The notes beneath the pieces are model-generated. The model saw nothing but the letters and a program-made list of their open reading frames with translations, had not been told where the DNA came from and searched no databases. The position numbers and the translations under genes were made by a program. A stretch of DNA of 23,293 nt from an uncultured archaeon (lineage in GTDB: Archaea; Asgardarchaeota; Lokiarchaeia; Sigyniarchaeales; SOKP01): the NCBI GenBank assembly GCA_964388035.1, contig CAYLZE010000080.1, positions 1 through 23,293 on the forward strand, in the 5' to 3' direction. Positions 8,428-16,900 of the stretch are shown here, piece by piece; within the stretch, counting starts at the first letter, position 1, and each line of letters begins with the position of its first letter.

Positions 8428-9012
8428 ATGGCATGCGATGTATGTTTAGGACTTCTTATAATAAGTATCACGAGTTTTATAATTGGGGGTTATTTACTGA
8501 ATAAGTATTTAAAAAATAAGAATACTTTCACGGCTTACATGGTAATTTTCTTCTTTGCTAACGGAATTGGATTCTTAATTAGATTTTTAACCACAGACTG
8601 GGTATTTAATATCTATCAAGAATCATTAGAAGTTCTGGTAATTATTGGGATTTTGCCTCAAATCATACTCTTATTGTTTGTCTTAGCATTTTTTGAAGTA
8701 GATATAAAACTATCAATAGTCATTGTAATTGTTGTAATTGGACTTACAATCGTTCATTTATTTGTCCCCCAATTGCACATTTTAACTTACGTGGCTACGG
8801 TCATTATTATAGCTAACGTGGTGCTATTCATTCTAAATTGGAGAAGAAATCAAGATATTAAATCTCTGGGTTTTTCAATAGGATTATTGTGTATTTTAAT
8901 TGGTGAAGCTCTCTATGTTGTTTCTCCTCTTGTTAATGGTATTTTTCTGATATTAACTTCTATAGCTTGGCTCATTACATATTCTGGATTATTAGAAAAA
9001 ATAACCGCTTGA
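8428..9012 (+). CDS. Seven-transmembrane membrane protein, function unknown
   Basis: Seven hydrophobic segments with short loops and no soluble domain. ATG at 8428 lies 2 nt after the longin stop; the alternative GTG at 8419 overlaps it. Confidence 0.75.
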   Translation: MACDVCLGLLIISITSFIIGGYLLNKYLKNKNTFTAYMVIFFFANGIGFLIRFLTTDWVFNIYQESLEVLVIIGILPQIILLLFVLAFFEVDIKLSIVIVIVVIGLTIVHLFVPQLHILTYVATVIIIANVVLFILNWRRNQDIKSLGFSIGLLCILIGEALYVVSPLVNGIFLILTSIAWLITYSGLLEKITA

Positions 9013-9030
9013 TCCTTAAGTAAAAGCCAC

Positions 9031-9037
9031 TTTTTTT
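9031..9037 (+). terminator. Oligo-T archaeal-type terminator
   Basis: T7 run 19 nt after the 7-TM stop, followed by T-rich sequence. Confidence 0.35.
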
Positions 9038-9147
9038 ATTTATTATTTATTATCATTTTATTTGGAGTTTAAACTATTATCATTAAATTCAAATACTAGA
9101 ATTATCTAAATTCGTATATTTAATCCATAGTATTATTTGGTCAAAAA

Positions 9148-10812
9148 ATGGAAAAAAATAATCTAATCAGTCCGTCTATTGATCTAGAAAGAAATGAACT
9201 CCGCTATATCTTCTATGCAAATGATCAATTTGCACTCATTTCTGATTTCGAGGACCTGGGATTCGTTGACACGATATATGAAAAGACACCGTATACTAAG
9301 ACAATATATTTCGGATCTAAGGTTGGCTTGAAGCCGGGATTGTCAATTAAGGTTAGAGAATATACTCTATATCCAGAGGAAAATTTGTGGAATCGTGAAA
9401 AGAATTCCCTTTTTAATATAATAGAAATAAAATCCACAATAAACCAAGGAGATCAATATTTTCAAGGATTGATAGAATCAGAATCAGATTTTCCTACACA
9501 AAATCGCTTGATAGAAGGGTTACCTGGCATAATTTCTAAAGATCTCCTTTTTCGAATACAGCGAATATCTGAGGATGGAATATTGGGAGATTCTACGCTC
9601 AAATCAAAAAGTCGTGTAAAAAAATTAGATTTTTCAAATACGACAATAGAAAACAGTCTAACTTTAGGGGAAGCTATTACAATTTTATGCAAGTCTAGTG
9701 ATTTGGACACTTATTTATCAGAAAAACTTTTAACTGTTCTAAACAATAAAATTAGACCCCTTTTTTATAAAAATTTAGAACCCTATTTCATGACTCAATA
9801 TTTTCGAAGACATTTAATTCCCAATGGTGAAGATTTAAAAGAAATTATTAGAATTACTGTTGATCCTGGTGTAGAATATTATTCAGTTCATTTCAGTTTT
9901 CCTGATAATTTTTTAAACGATCCCTCCTTAAAGGGAGAATATCTTACTCGAGAGAATTTTTGTAGACTTGAAATTAAGTTAGATCCCAGTAAAATTAAGA
10001 ATTATCCGAATTTAACCAAAGGATTGAGTGGAATTCTAAGAAAGTATGGTTGTATCGCCTATATATCAAAAAAGTGGTCCGGAGTTACCCTCGTTTCAGA
10101 AAGGCATATTGAAAAACAAGCTTTGTGGAAGGAACCATTAGGAGTACAAATATCTGGTTTCTTTCCCGTGGATCCAACCTGGTTTGCATATGGACAAATC
10201 ACGGAAGAATTATCTAAAATTATTAATTCTTCCTCGAGTTTTTCGAGTTATGAAAAAGAACCAAGAATTTTAGTAAAAAATGAAAATTTTGTCCGAGGTA
10301 CCCTAGGGGTTCCCATTCCTTCTCTTATTGTTAATGTAAAGGGGCCTTTAATTACTTATTATCTTCCTCCCAGAGGATTTTTGGTTAAGATGATAAAGGA
10401 TGAACCTGAATTTTATATTACAGAAGAAAACGAAATTCCCGTGAGATCTACTTTAATATCTTCAAAAGAAGAATTGGATCGGGTATTACATCCTTCGATT
10501 AAAATAGAAGGATATTCTTTCTTAAGAAGCTACGGTTTTCTCGTCATGCACAATGTCTCTAATAGGGTATACAAGCTAACCATTGAAAGAAAAACAGATA
10601 CAGTAAATCAAGTTCCCAGTAGCGAAGTATACTGTAAGATGCGCTACATTGGCAATAAAATCGGTTTAAAAATAATAAATAAACATGATATTTATAAAGA
10701 ACTGCAAACGTTTTATGAAGAATTCTATCCTGCAATGGAAAAAACGATTTCTGAGTTTGCATTTTTGGCCTCCAAATCGTTGAATATGAAAGAAGAATTA
10801 CCTTTTAAGTGA
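9148..10812 (+). CDS. VTC-like (polyphosphate polymerase / CYTH-TTM fold) domain protein with a long C-terminal domain
   Basis: VTC motifs in the expected order: ERNELRY, TKTIYF, IKVREY, IEIKS, KSRV, LEPYFMTQYFRRH, IRITVD, RLEIK, ISKKW. A further ~230 aa follows at the C-terminus. Confidence 0.7.
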   Translation: MEKNNLISPSIDLERNELRYIFYANDQFALISDFEDLGFVDTIYEKTPYTKTIYFGSKVGLKPGLSIKVREYTLYPEENLWNREKNSLFNIIEIKSTINQGDQYFQGLIESESDFPTQNRLIEGLPGIISKDLLFRIQRISEDGILGDSTLKSKSRVKKLDFSNTTIENSLTLGEAITILCKSSDLDTYLSEKLLTVLNNKIRPLFYKNLEPYFMTQYFRRHLIPNGEDLKEIIRITVDPGVEYYSVHFSFPDNFLNDPSLKGEYLTRENFCRLEIKLDPSKIKNYPNLTKGLSGILRKYGCIAYISKKWSGVTLVSERHIEKQALWKEPLGVQISGFFPVDPTWFAYGQITEELSKIINSSSSFSSYEKEPRILVKNENFVRGTLGVPIPSLIVNVKGPLITYYLPPRGFLVKMIKDEPEFYITEENEIPVRSTLISSKEELDRVLHPSIKIEGYSFLRSYGFLVMHNVSNRVYKLTIERKTDTVNQVPSSEVYCKMRYIGNKIGLKIINKHDIYKELQTFYEEFYPAMEKTISEFAFLASKSLNMKEELPFK

Positions 10813-10821
10813 GATTAACTA

Positions 10822-11481
10822 TTGTGGGAATGGAGAATCTTTTTCCAACAGAGATCATCAGCGTTAACTTCTTTTTTGATGTCTTTTGAGAATTTAATTG
10901 AGAAAATCACTCCAGAAGAGCGTTCCGATATATATTATGATCTCTCTAACAGATATGTCGGATTAAAAGGAAGGGGAATAATGACTCGTGAAGCTGTTTC
11001 TCCTCTCATGGAATTGAAATTATTATTGGAAGAAAAAGCTAATGGAATGGAATACTGGATAAAAAAAGTGAAAAGAAATATCCCTATTACCCCAAATTCT
11101 AACAAGATAATTGAAAGAGAATTAATTATTAAATATTTACTCGAAGAAACTGAAGGGAATGCCAATCAAATAAATGAAATGATAAATTCAGTAATCTCAT
11201 TGCTTAAAAATCACGACCCCAAATTGGTGGAAATTAAAAAAAGCAGAAAAAGAATTAGAATTAATTACGATTTCAAAAAGAAAAGATTCGTTAATTCAAA
11301 CTCTAATTATTTCACAATTCGAGGGGAAATGACTGAAATAAAGTTGGAGGGGATTACATGGTACACATTCTGTTTAGAAAGCAAGGAGCTTTCATATCTA
11401 GATGAAATTTTAACAGATTGGTTTCCTTTCAAGGATGTTTTTATAGGAGGATATCCCGAATTTATCATGAGGAATACTTAA
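10822..11481 (+). CDS. CYTH-like (triphosphate tunnel metalloenzyme) protein
   Basis: TTG start 9 nt after the VTC stop. Motifs WEWRIF, EERSDIYY, GLKGRG, MELK, EYWIK, IKKSR, EMTEI, WYTFCLES and GGYPEF. Confidence 0.65.
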   Translation: MWEWRIFFQQRSSALTSFLMSFENLIEKITPEERSDIYYDLSNRYVGLKGRGIMTREAVSPLMELKLLLEEKANGMEYWIKKVKRNIPITPNSNKIIERELIIKYLLEETEGNANQINEMINSVISLLKNHDPKLVEIKKSRKRIRINYDFKKKRFVNSNSNYFTIRGEMTEIKLEGITWYTFCLESKELSYLDEILTDWFPFKDVFIGGYPEFIMRNT

Positions 11482-11519
11482 CCTAATCTTAGCATGATTA
11501 TAAAAATTAAAACTTAGAA

Positions 11520-12617
11520 TTAGTTTTCAGATTCGAATCTTATTAATTGATACAATTTCCCTTTAAATTCGGATAAGGATAAATCACTATTTCTAGATAC
11601 TCCAAGTACTTTTAGATTCTTAAGTTTTAAGATTTCATTTGGAAGTTTTTTTAATTCATTATTCTCCACGTATAGGATCTCTAATTTCGTTAAATCACCA
11701 ATGCTTTCAGGGAGTTCGATTAATTCGTTATCATCCAAGATTAATTCTCTGAGATTCTCAAGTTTTCCCATTTCCTTTGGGAGTTCTACTAATTTATTTC
11801 GTTCCAAATCCAACTTGGTTAATTTGGAAAGGTTACAAATGGAATCGGGTAAAAATCTTATACTGTTATGATATAGTCCTAATTCTTTTAAATTTTCTAG
11901 ATTTCCTAAAGCATCCGGTAGCAGTTCAAGATTATTCTCCTCTAACTCCAATCTCGTCAACTCTCTTAAGTTTCCAATACTATCGGGTAAAAATTCTATG
12001 CAATTATCTCTTAAATCAAGCCGTTTTAGCCTTGTTAATTTTCCTATATCGTCAGGTAAGCTAACTAATTTATTTCTCTGTATGTTTAAATAAATTAGAT
12101 TTCTTAAGTCACATATCTCTTCGGGTAACATGAAGATTTCATTATTTCTTATTGCTAACCATTCTAGTTTGTTTAAATTGTTGATCTTTTTAGGTAACCT
12201 ACCAATTTTATTATGAATTAAATAAAGCCGTTCTAAATGTGAAAGATTTCCAATTTCTTCAGGAAGAAGAGATATGTAATTTCTTCCTAAATTTAAGTAT
12301 CTTAGTTTTTTTAAATCAAATATTGAAGGGGGTATAACCTTAAATTCATTCTGTTCTAAATTTAGATACATCAACTCTTGGAGTGTCGAAAAACTTCCGG
12401 GTAAAGATGATAAAAAATTACCACTCAAATCCAATCTTTTTAGATGGATCAATTCACCGATTTGTTCAGGGAGTGAGGGAATATAAAGTCTTGAAAAATC
12501 AAGCTTGATTAATTTCTCTCCCAAAAATAAGGTATTTTTTCTTTTTAATATCTTATATATCTTCCCTCTTAAATTTAAAATCTTTACAATCTCGTTAAAT
12601 ACATCAATATCTTTCAA
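11520..12617 (-). CDS. Leucine-rich repeat protein (about 14 repeats of 23 aa, SHOC2/LAP-like type)
   Basis: Repeats of LxxLxLxxNxLxxLPxxIGxLxx. The TTG start is supported by an AGGTGAT RBS about 8 nt upstream. Confidence 0.95.
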   Translation of the reverse strand: MKDIDVFNEIVKILNLRGKIYKILKRKNTLFLGEKLIKLDFSRLYIPSLPEQIGELIHLKRLDLSGNFLSSLPGSFSTLQELMYLNLEQNEFKVIPPSIFDLKKLRYLNLGRNYISLLPEEIGNLSHLERLYLIHNKIGRLPKKINNLNKLEWLAIRNNEIFMLPEEICDLRNLIYLNIQRNKLVSLPDDIGKLTRLKRLDLRDNCIEFLPDSIGNLRELTRLELEENNLELLPDALGNLENLKELGLYHNSIRFLPDSICNLSKLTKLDLERNKLVELPKEMGKLENLRELILDDNELIELPESIGDLTKLEILYVENNELKKLPNEILKLKNLKVLGVSRNSDLSLSEFKGKLYQLIRFESEN

Positions 12618-12640
12618 GAATTCTAATCACCTTCTCTTTT

Positions 12641-13966
12641 TTATCCCTGGTAAATGTCAACAAAACAGCCATTAGCTTTTAATTTTTTAAACATTACATG
12701 GTTTGATTCTTCAAGGGGATTCCCCGCTATCCATAAGCATGTGAGGCTTATCAATTCCTCTAAAAATCGAGGAATGGAGGTCATCTTATTATTTCTTAAA
12801 TCCAAAAATCTTAATCTCTTTATCTTTGCAATTGACTCTGGAATTTCTGTGAGATTGTTATTCCTTAGATTCAAATCTTCAAGCTGATCTAATTTACTTA
12901 TTTTGGGGGATATAGTATTTAAATTGTTGTGGGAAAGATTTAAAGAAGTTAAGTTCAATAAATTCCAAAAATCATCTGAAAGTCCCGAAAGGCGATTTCC
13001 TCCAAGATTGCATTCACGCAAATAATGTAGTTTTTGAAAGCTTTTTGGAAGTTCTTTAATGGAATTATTCTGAATTTCGATTTTTTTTAGATCTCCTAAT
13101 TCACCTAGTGTTTCGGGCAAGAATTGCAGGTAATTCCCATATAACCGCAAATCTTCAAGTCTTTGTAGATTAATTATGTTTTCAGAAATATATTTTAGGT
13201 TATTGAATGTAAGATCTAAGCGTTCTAAATTCTTCAACTCCCAAAAGGTATTTGGCAGGGAAGTTAGCTTATTTGCTCTTATATCCACTCGTTTTAATTT
13301 CTTAAGACTACCAAAGCTTTTTGGGAGTGAATCAATCCTATTTTTTTGAATATTCAATACTTCCAGTTTAGAAAGAGAATCGATCTCCGAAGGTAATGTT
13401 TTCAAGTAATTATTTCCAAGATCCAATATCTTTAATTTCCTTAAATAACATAGTGATGAGGGTAAAGAAAGCAACCTTAAATTGCGCAAGCTTAAATAAT
13501 TTAACTTTTTTAAATTTGAAACTTCTTGAGGAATTTGGTTAATGTTATTGCTCCCTAATTCTAATTTGCGTAACTTTTTGAGACTTGTTAAGGATTCTGG
13601 AAAGTCTTTCAGCAAATTTTCTCTCAAATCCAATTTTCGGAGATTTATTAGTTTATTAAAATCTAAATCTAATGATTCGAAAGAATTTGCTCTTAGGTCC
13701 AGCCTGTTCAAATTAATAAGCTTTTCGATAGCTTGAGGTAGATTTTTGAGTTTATTATATCTAATATCTATTCTTCTTAAAGATTGAAGCATTCCGATGC
13801 TCTCTGGAATCTTTTCGAGATTTAAATTCTTCAGATCAATCTTTATTAAATTCCCATCCCCATCTAAAAATTCAGTATTTATTCTCTCAGTTATTATCTC
13901 TTCTTTAATTTCAAGATCTTTTAAAAATTGAGCGAAAATTTCAAAATTGCTATAATTATTCGACAT
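12641..13966 (-). CDS. Leucine-rich repeat protein (about 17 repeats of 23 aa)
   Basis: Same LRR consensus. N-cap GNLIKIDL, C-cap LWIAGNPL...KKLKANGC. Confidence 0.95.
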   Translation of the reverse strand: MSNNYSNFEIFAQFLKDLEIKEEIITERINTEFLDGDGNLIKIDLKNLNLEKIPESIGMLQSLRRIDIRYNKLKNLPQAIEKLINLNRLDLRANSFESLDLDFNKLINLRKLDLRENLLKDFPESLTSLKKLRKLELGSNNINQIPQEVSNLKKLNYLSLRNLRLLSLPSSLCYLRKLKILDLGNNYLKTLPSEIDSLSKLEVLNIQKNRIDSLPKSFGSLKKLKRVDIRANKLTSLPNTFWELKNLERLDLTFNNLKYISENIINLQRLEDLRLYGNYLQFLPETLGELGDLKKIEIQNNSIKELPKSFQKLHYLRECNLGGNRLSGLSDDFWNLLNLTSLNLSHNNLNTISPKISKLDQLEDLNLRNNNLTEIPESIAKIKRLRFLDLRNNKMTSIPRFLEELISLTCLWIAGNPLEESNHVMFKKLKANGCFVDIYQG

Positions 13967-13989
13967 TGGGAAATTCGATATCGATATAA

Positions 13990-13996
13990 TTATAAA
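13990..13996 (-). promoter_or_regulatory. TATA box for a probably leaderless LRR transcript
   Basis: TTTATAA on the minus strand at -30 to -24 from the ATG at 13966, the typical archaeal spacing. No SD is visible. The palindrome TCGATATCGA (13975-13984) lies between the box and the start. Confidence 0.4.
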
Positions 13997-14033
13997 TTAG
14001 TGTAGATAAAAATAAAAGTTCAACTTAAAAAAA

Positions 14034-14537
14034 TTATTCCCGAATGGAAGGATAATTGATTATGGGATGATTAAATAAGGGCATGGAAGATGCGCTCATA
14101 TCACTCTCCAATAATTCAAATAATCCCTCTGGTTTTAACCTTGCTTCTCCATTTTCAAATTCATCAATCGATTTCCATATAACCTTAAAGTTGCGTTTGC
14201 TGGTAGCTTCATATCCCGTTAGAGATTCTTGCTCATATAATAATGCATCCTTAAATTCTCCATCGAAAATAAAAAAGATTTCGTGTTTTAATTCTCCTTT
14301 CACGCGATCTATACTCTCGATAACCCCCAAATAATTTAAATGAGCGACATCTACATTTAATTCCTCTCTGATTTCTCGTTTTAATGCAGCTGCGCTATTT
14401 TCACCAAACTCTATAGATCCGCCCAGAGGTCTATAATATTGACCATCAAGATATTCAGCAACGAGTATTTTATCGTGATTTCTAAATACACAGATGGATT
14501 TTGTCTTGATCGCTTTGTTTTCAGTGTTTTTAATCAT
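14034..14537 (-). CDS. NUDIX hydrolase
   Basis: Nudix box GGSIEFGENSAAALKREIREELN. Confidence 0.93.
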   Translation of the reverse strand: MIKNTENKAIKTKSICVFRNHDKILVAEYLDGQYYRPLGGSIEFGENSAAALKREIREELNVDVAHLNYLGVIESIDRVKGELKHEIFFIFDGEFKDALLYEQESLTGYEATSKRNFKVIWKSIDEFENGEARLKPEGLFELLESDMSASSMPLFNHPIINYPSIRE

Positions 14538-14767
14538 CTATATATACTCACAAAATATAAAAATATTCTATTTTCCGTTTCTTATATTAATAATATTAAA
14601 AAATAGGGATAATATTATAGGATATAGAATATATAGCACTATATATTTTCAGATCATATTATTAATTCTCATAAAATGCCGATGAAAAACTCTTTTTCTT
14701 CCAAGAACTTTAATTCTTTTAATGTTTAAGAAATCTACATAAGCAATAATGAATTTTTTATAAATAA

Positions 14768-15403
14768 TTGAAAAATCCATTCAAAAAGAAAATGTCTAAT
14801 AATAATATAATTTCCATTGTAGAAAATTATGCTCAAGCTCATTCCGTGAGTAATGATATTCATGGCTTTCCCCATGTGATAAGAGTTTATAATACGTGTA
14901 TTCAAATGGGAAGGGCTCTAAATGCCGATTTACTAATCCTGAAAATTTCAGCCCTACTTCATGATATTGGAAGAATCAAGGAAAAGGAGGATCTTTTGCA
15001 TAAAAACCATTCAGAAATTTCTGCAGAAATGGCACGTTCTTTTTTCGAAACAAACAATTTCGAGCTTTCACCGGATTCAATAGGAAATATCGTCCATGCA
15101 ATTCGAGCTCATTCATTCTCTAATAAAGTTCCAGCAAGAACTTTAGAAGCGCAAATTTTATCCGATTCGGATAAATTGGATGCTATAGGAGCAATTGGAA
15201 TATACAGAACTATAGGGTTTACGATTCAGAATGGTGGGGGCATTGAGCAAGTATTAAAACATCTTACGGATAAAATATTGAAATTGAAAGACTTATTATA
15301 TTTAGAGCAATCTAAAAAAATGGCTAAAGAACGTCACGCCCTCGTTCTGGATTATTATAAAAAGTTAAGTGATGAAATTGTAAATTCTCAACCAGAGGAA
15401 TAA
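14768..15403 (+). CDS. HD-domain phosphohydrolase (YedJ-like); start may be the ATG at 14792
   Basis: HGFPHVIRV, ALLHDIGR, HSEISA, IRAHSFS, LEAQILSDSDKLDAIGAIG. Confidence 0.92.
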   Translation: MKNPFKKKMSNNNIISIVENYAQAHSVSNDIHGFPHVIRVYNTCIQMGRALNADLLILKISALLHDIGRIKEKEDLLHKNHSEISAEMARSFFETNNFELSPDSIGNIVHAIRAHSFSNKVPARTLEAQILSDSDKLDAIGAIGIYRTIGFTIQNGGGIEQVLKHLTDKILKLKDLLYLEQSKKMAKERHALVLDYYKKLSDEIVNSQPEE

Positions 15404-15449
15404 GATTATTAAAAAAGTAAAAAAGAGAGATTAAAAAAGATTTTACAAT

Positions 15450-16778
15450 CTAAAGTTTTTCTACGTATTCTGCAATCGTGTTGTAAATCTTCTCAAATTC
15501 TCCAAATTTAAAAATATCCAATATATCACGAGCCCAAACATTACTATATCCGAAATTGTAATCGATTTTATATTTCGGGTCAATTTCAAACTTTTTCATT
15601 AAAATGTAACATGTCAGTTCCGCAAGTAATTCGTTCCTGTCAGCATCTTTATCTTCCTCGCCAATTAACTCTAATTCCGAAGCAATGTGATATCCTAAAC
15701 CGTGAAAAACCTCATGAGATGTTTTCTTTTGAACAATAATTGATTTAGTTTCATAATTATAATTCATGAGATTACTAATATATGCTCCATTTTCTTCAAT
15801 ATTCACGTCAGGAAACTTTTCTTTAAGAAAATCCACTGCGCTTTCATATTCAATTTCTTCCTTTGATTCAATTTCATTTTCAAATTCTTGAATATTTTGT
15901 TGGAACTCCTCATATTTATCTGTTTGAGAAATATCAAATACACTTCCCAATTTAAAGCCCACTAAAGCTCCTTTTTTCATTACTGGTACTAATATCTTAT
16001 AACTATAAGGTTTTGATTTATCGGGATTGCGTTTGACTTGAGCCCCTTGATCCCGTTTCCAACCCCAATAGCTATTGATTATCCCCATAAAATTGCCATC
16101 TCCTCGTTTCCGTGCTTGAGACAAAACTAATAAATAATTCCTCACGGAATATCCGTGAATTTTTTTTAATTCTGCGACCTTCTGAATGCGTTCTAACTTA
16201 TCCTTATCAAGTTCTTCACTTTCTTCTCCTTCTGTCTCGGTTTCTTTTTTAGGAGCTAATGTTTGTAATCGCGAATTTTTATCTATTAGTTCTACTACAT
16301 CTTTAATAGTTTGTTGCTTTAAGAAATCATCAAACATGCCTTCTACTTCTTTCTTTTCTTGTTCTTTTTGTTGTCGATAAGCTTCTTTTTCTTCTTCAGT
16401 AAAATCTTTCCATTGTTTTTTAGTTGTTTCTTTTTCCTCTACACTTTCCACTTGTGGTTCTTTTTCTTTTATGGGTTCCTCTTTCTTTTCCTTCTCTTTA
16501 TATTCAAAGATGAATCTATAATCATATCTCGTTTGCTCGCCTTTTAGAATTTCGCAAGATGAGATGGTTAACTCTCCCCGTACTCTCCAGCCGGAAAGAT
16601 CCTTATAAAACCCTGCCAGGGGTATCCGTTCAGTTGCATTTACACGATTTACCTCGATAAAGACGTGATTCTCGACAAATTCTTTATAATACGTCTCCAT
16701 AAATTTTTGAAGGTCCTCGTGACGACTAAAGAAGGTTTGTCTGTTTTTCCGAAAGATATTATCAATTTTTTGACTCAT
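15450..16778 (-). CDS. ArdC-like protein: ssDNA-binding ArdC-N domain plus zincin-like domain, with an extra N-terminal domain and charged linker
   Basis: HGYSVRNYLLVLSQ...SYWGWKRDQGAQVKR...KILVP...GFKLGSVFDISQT is the ArdC-N pattern. HEVFHGLGYH...NELLAELTCY...GYSNVW is a metallopeptidase-like C-domain. Confidence 0.8.
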   Translation of the reverse strand: MSQKIDNIFRKNRQTFFSRHEDLQKFMETYYKEFVENHVFIEVNRVNATERIPLAGFYKDLSGWRVRGELTISSCEILKGEQTRYDYRFIFEYKEKEKKEEPIKEKEPQVESVEEKETTKKQWKDFTEEEKEAYRQQKEQEKKEVEGMFDDFLKQQTIKDVVELIDKNSRLQTLAPKKETETEGEESEELDKDKLERIQKVAELKKIHGYSVRNYLLVLSQARKRGDGNFMGIINSYWGWKRDQGAQVKRNPDKSKPYSYKILVPVMKKGALVGFKLGSVFDISQTDKYEEFQQNIQEFENEIESKEEIEYESAVDFLKEKFPDVNIEENGAYISNLMNYNYETKSIIVQKKTSHEVFHGLGYHIASELELIGEEDKDADRNELLAELTCYILMKKFEIDPKYKIDYNFGYSNVWARDILDIFKFGEFEKIYNTIAEYVEKL

Positions 16779-16900
16779 TTTACTGTTAGTGCGATTATAA
16801 TTTTAACTGCAAATAATATATTCTTAATATTTTTACTTTTTAATACATCTTCTAAAATTTAATATTTTCCTTTTTTTTCCACGAAAAGACACTTATCATT

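Noticed and set aside
8428-9012. Rhodopsin or true GPCR
   Set aside because: There is no TM7 lysine or GPCR motif; only the TM count matches.
11520-13966. CRISPR-like or DNA tandem repeat array (69-bp periodicity)
   Set aside because: The periodicity is explained by protein LRRs; there are no identical DNA repeats with spacers.
16345-16420. HMG-box-like segment WKDFTEEEKEAYRQQKEQEKKE in the ArdC-like linker
   Set aside because: It resembles only HMG helix 3. The preceding HMG helices are absent and the context is low-complexity charged sequence.
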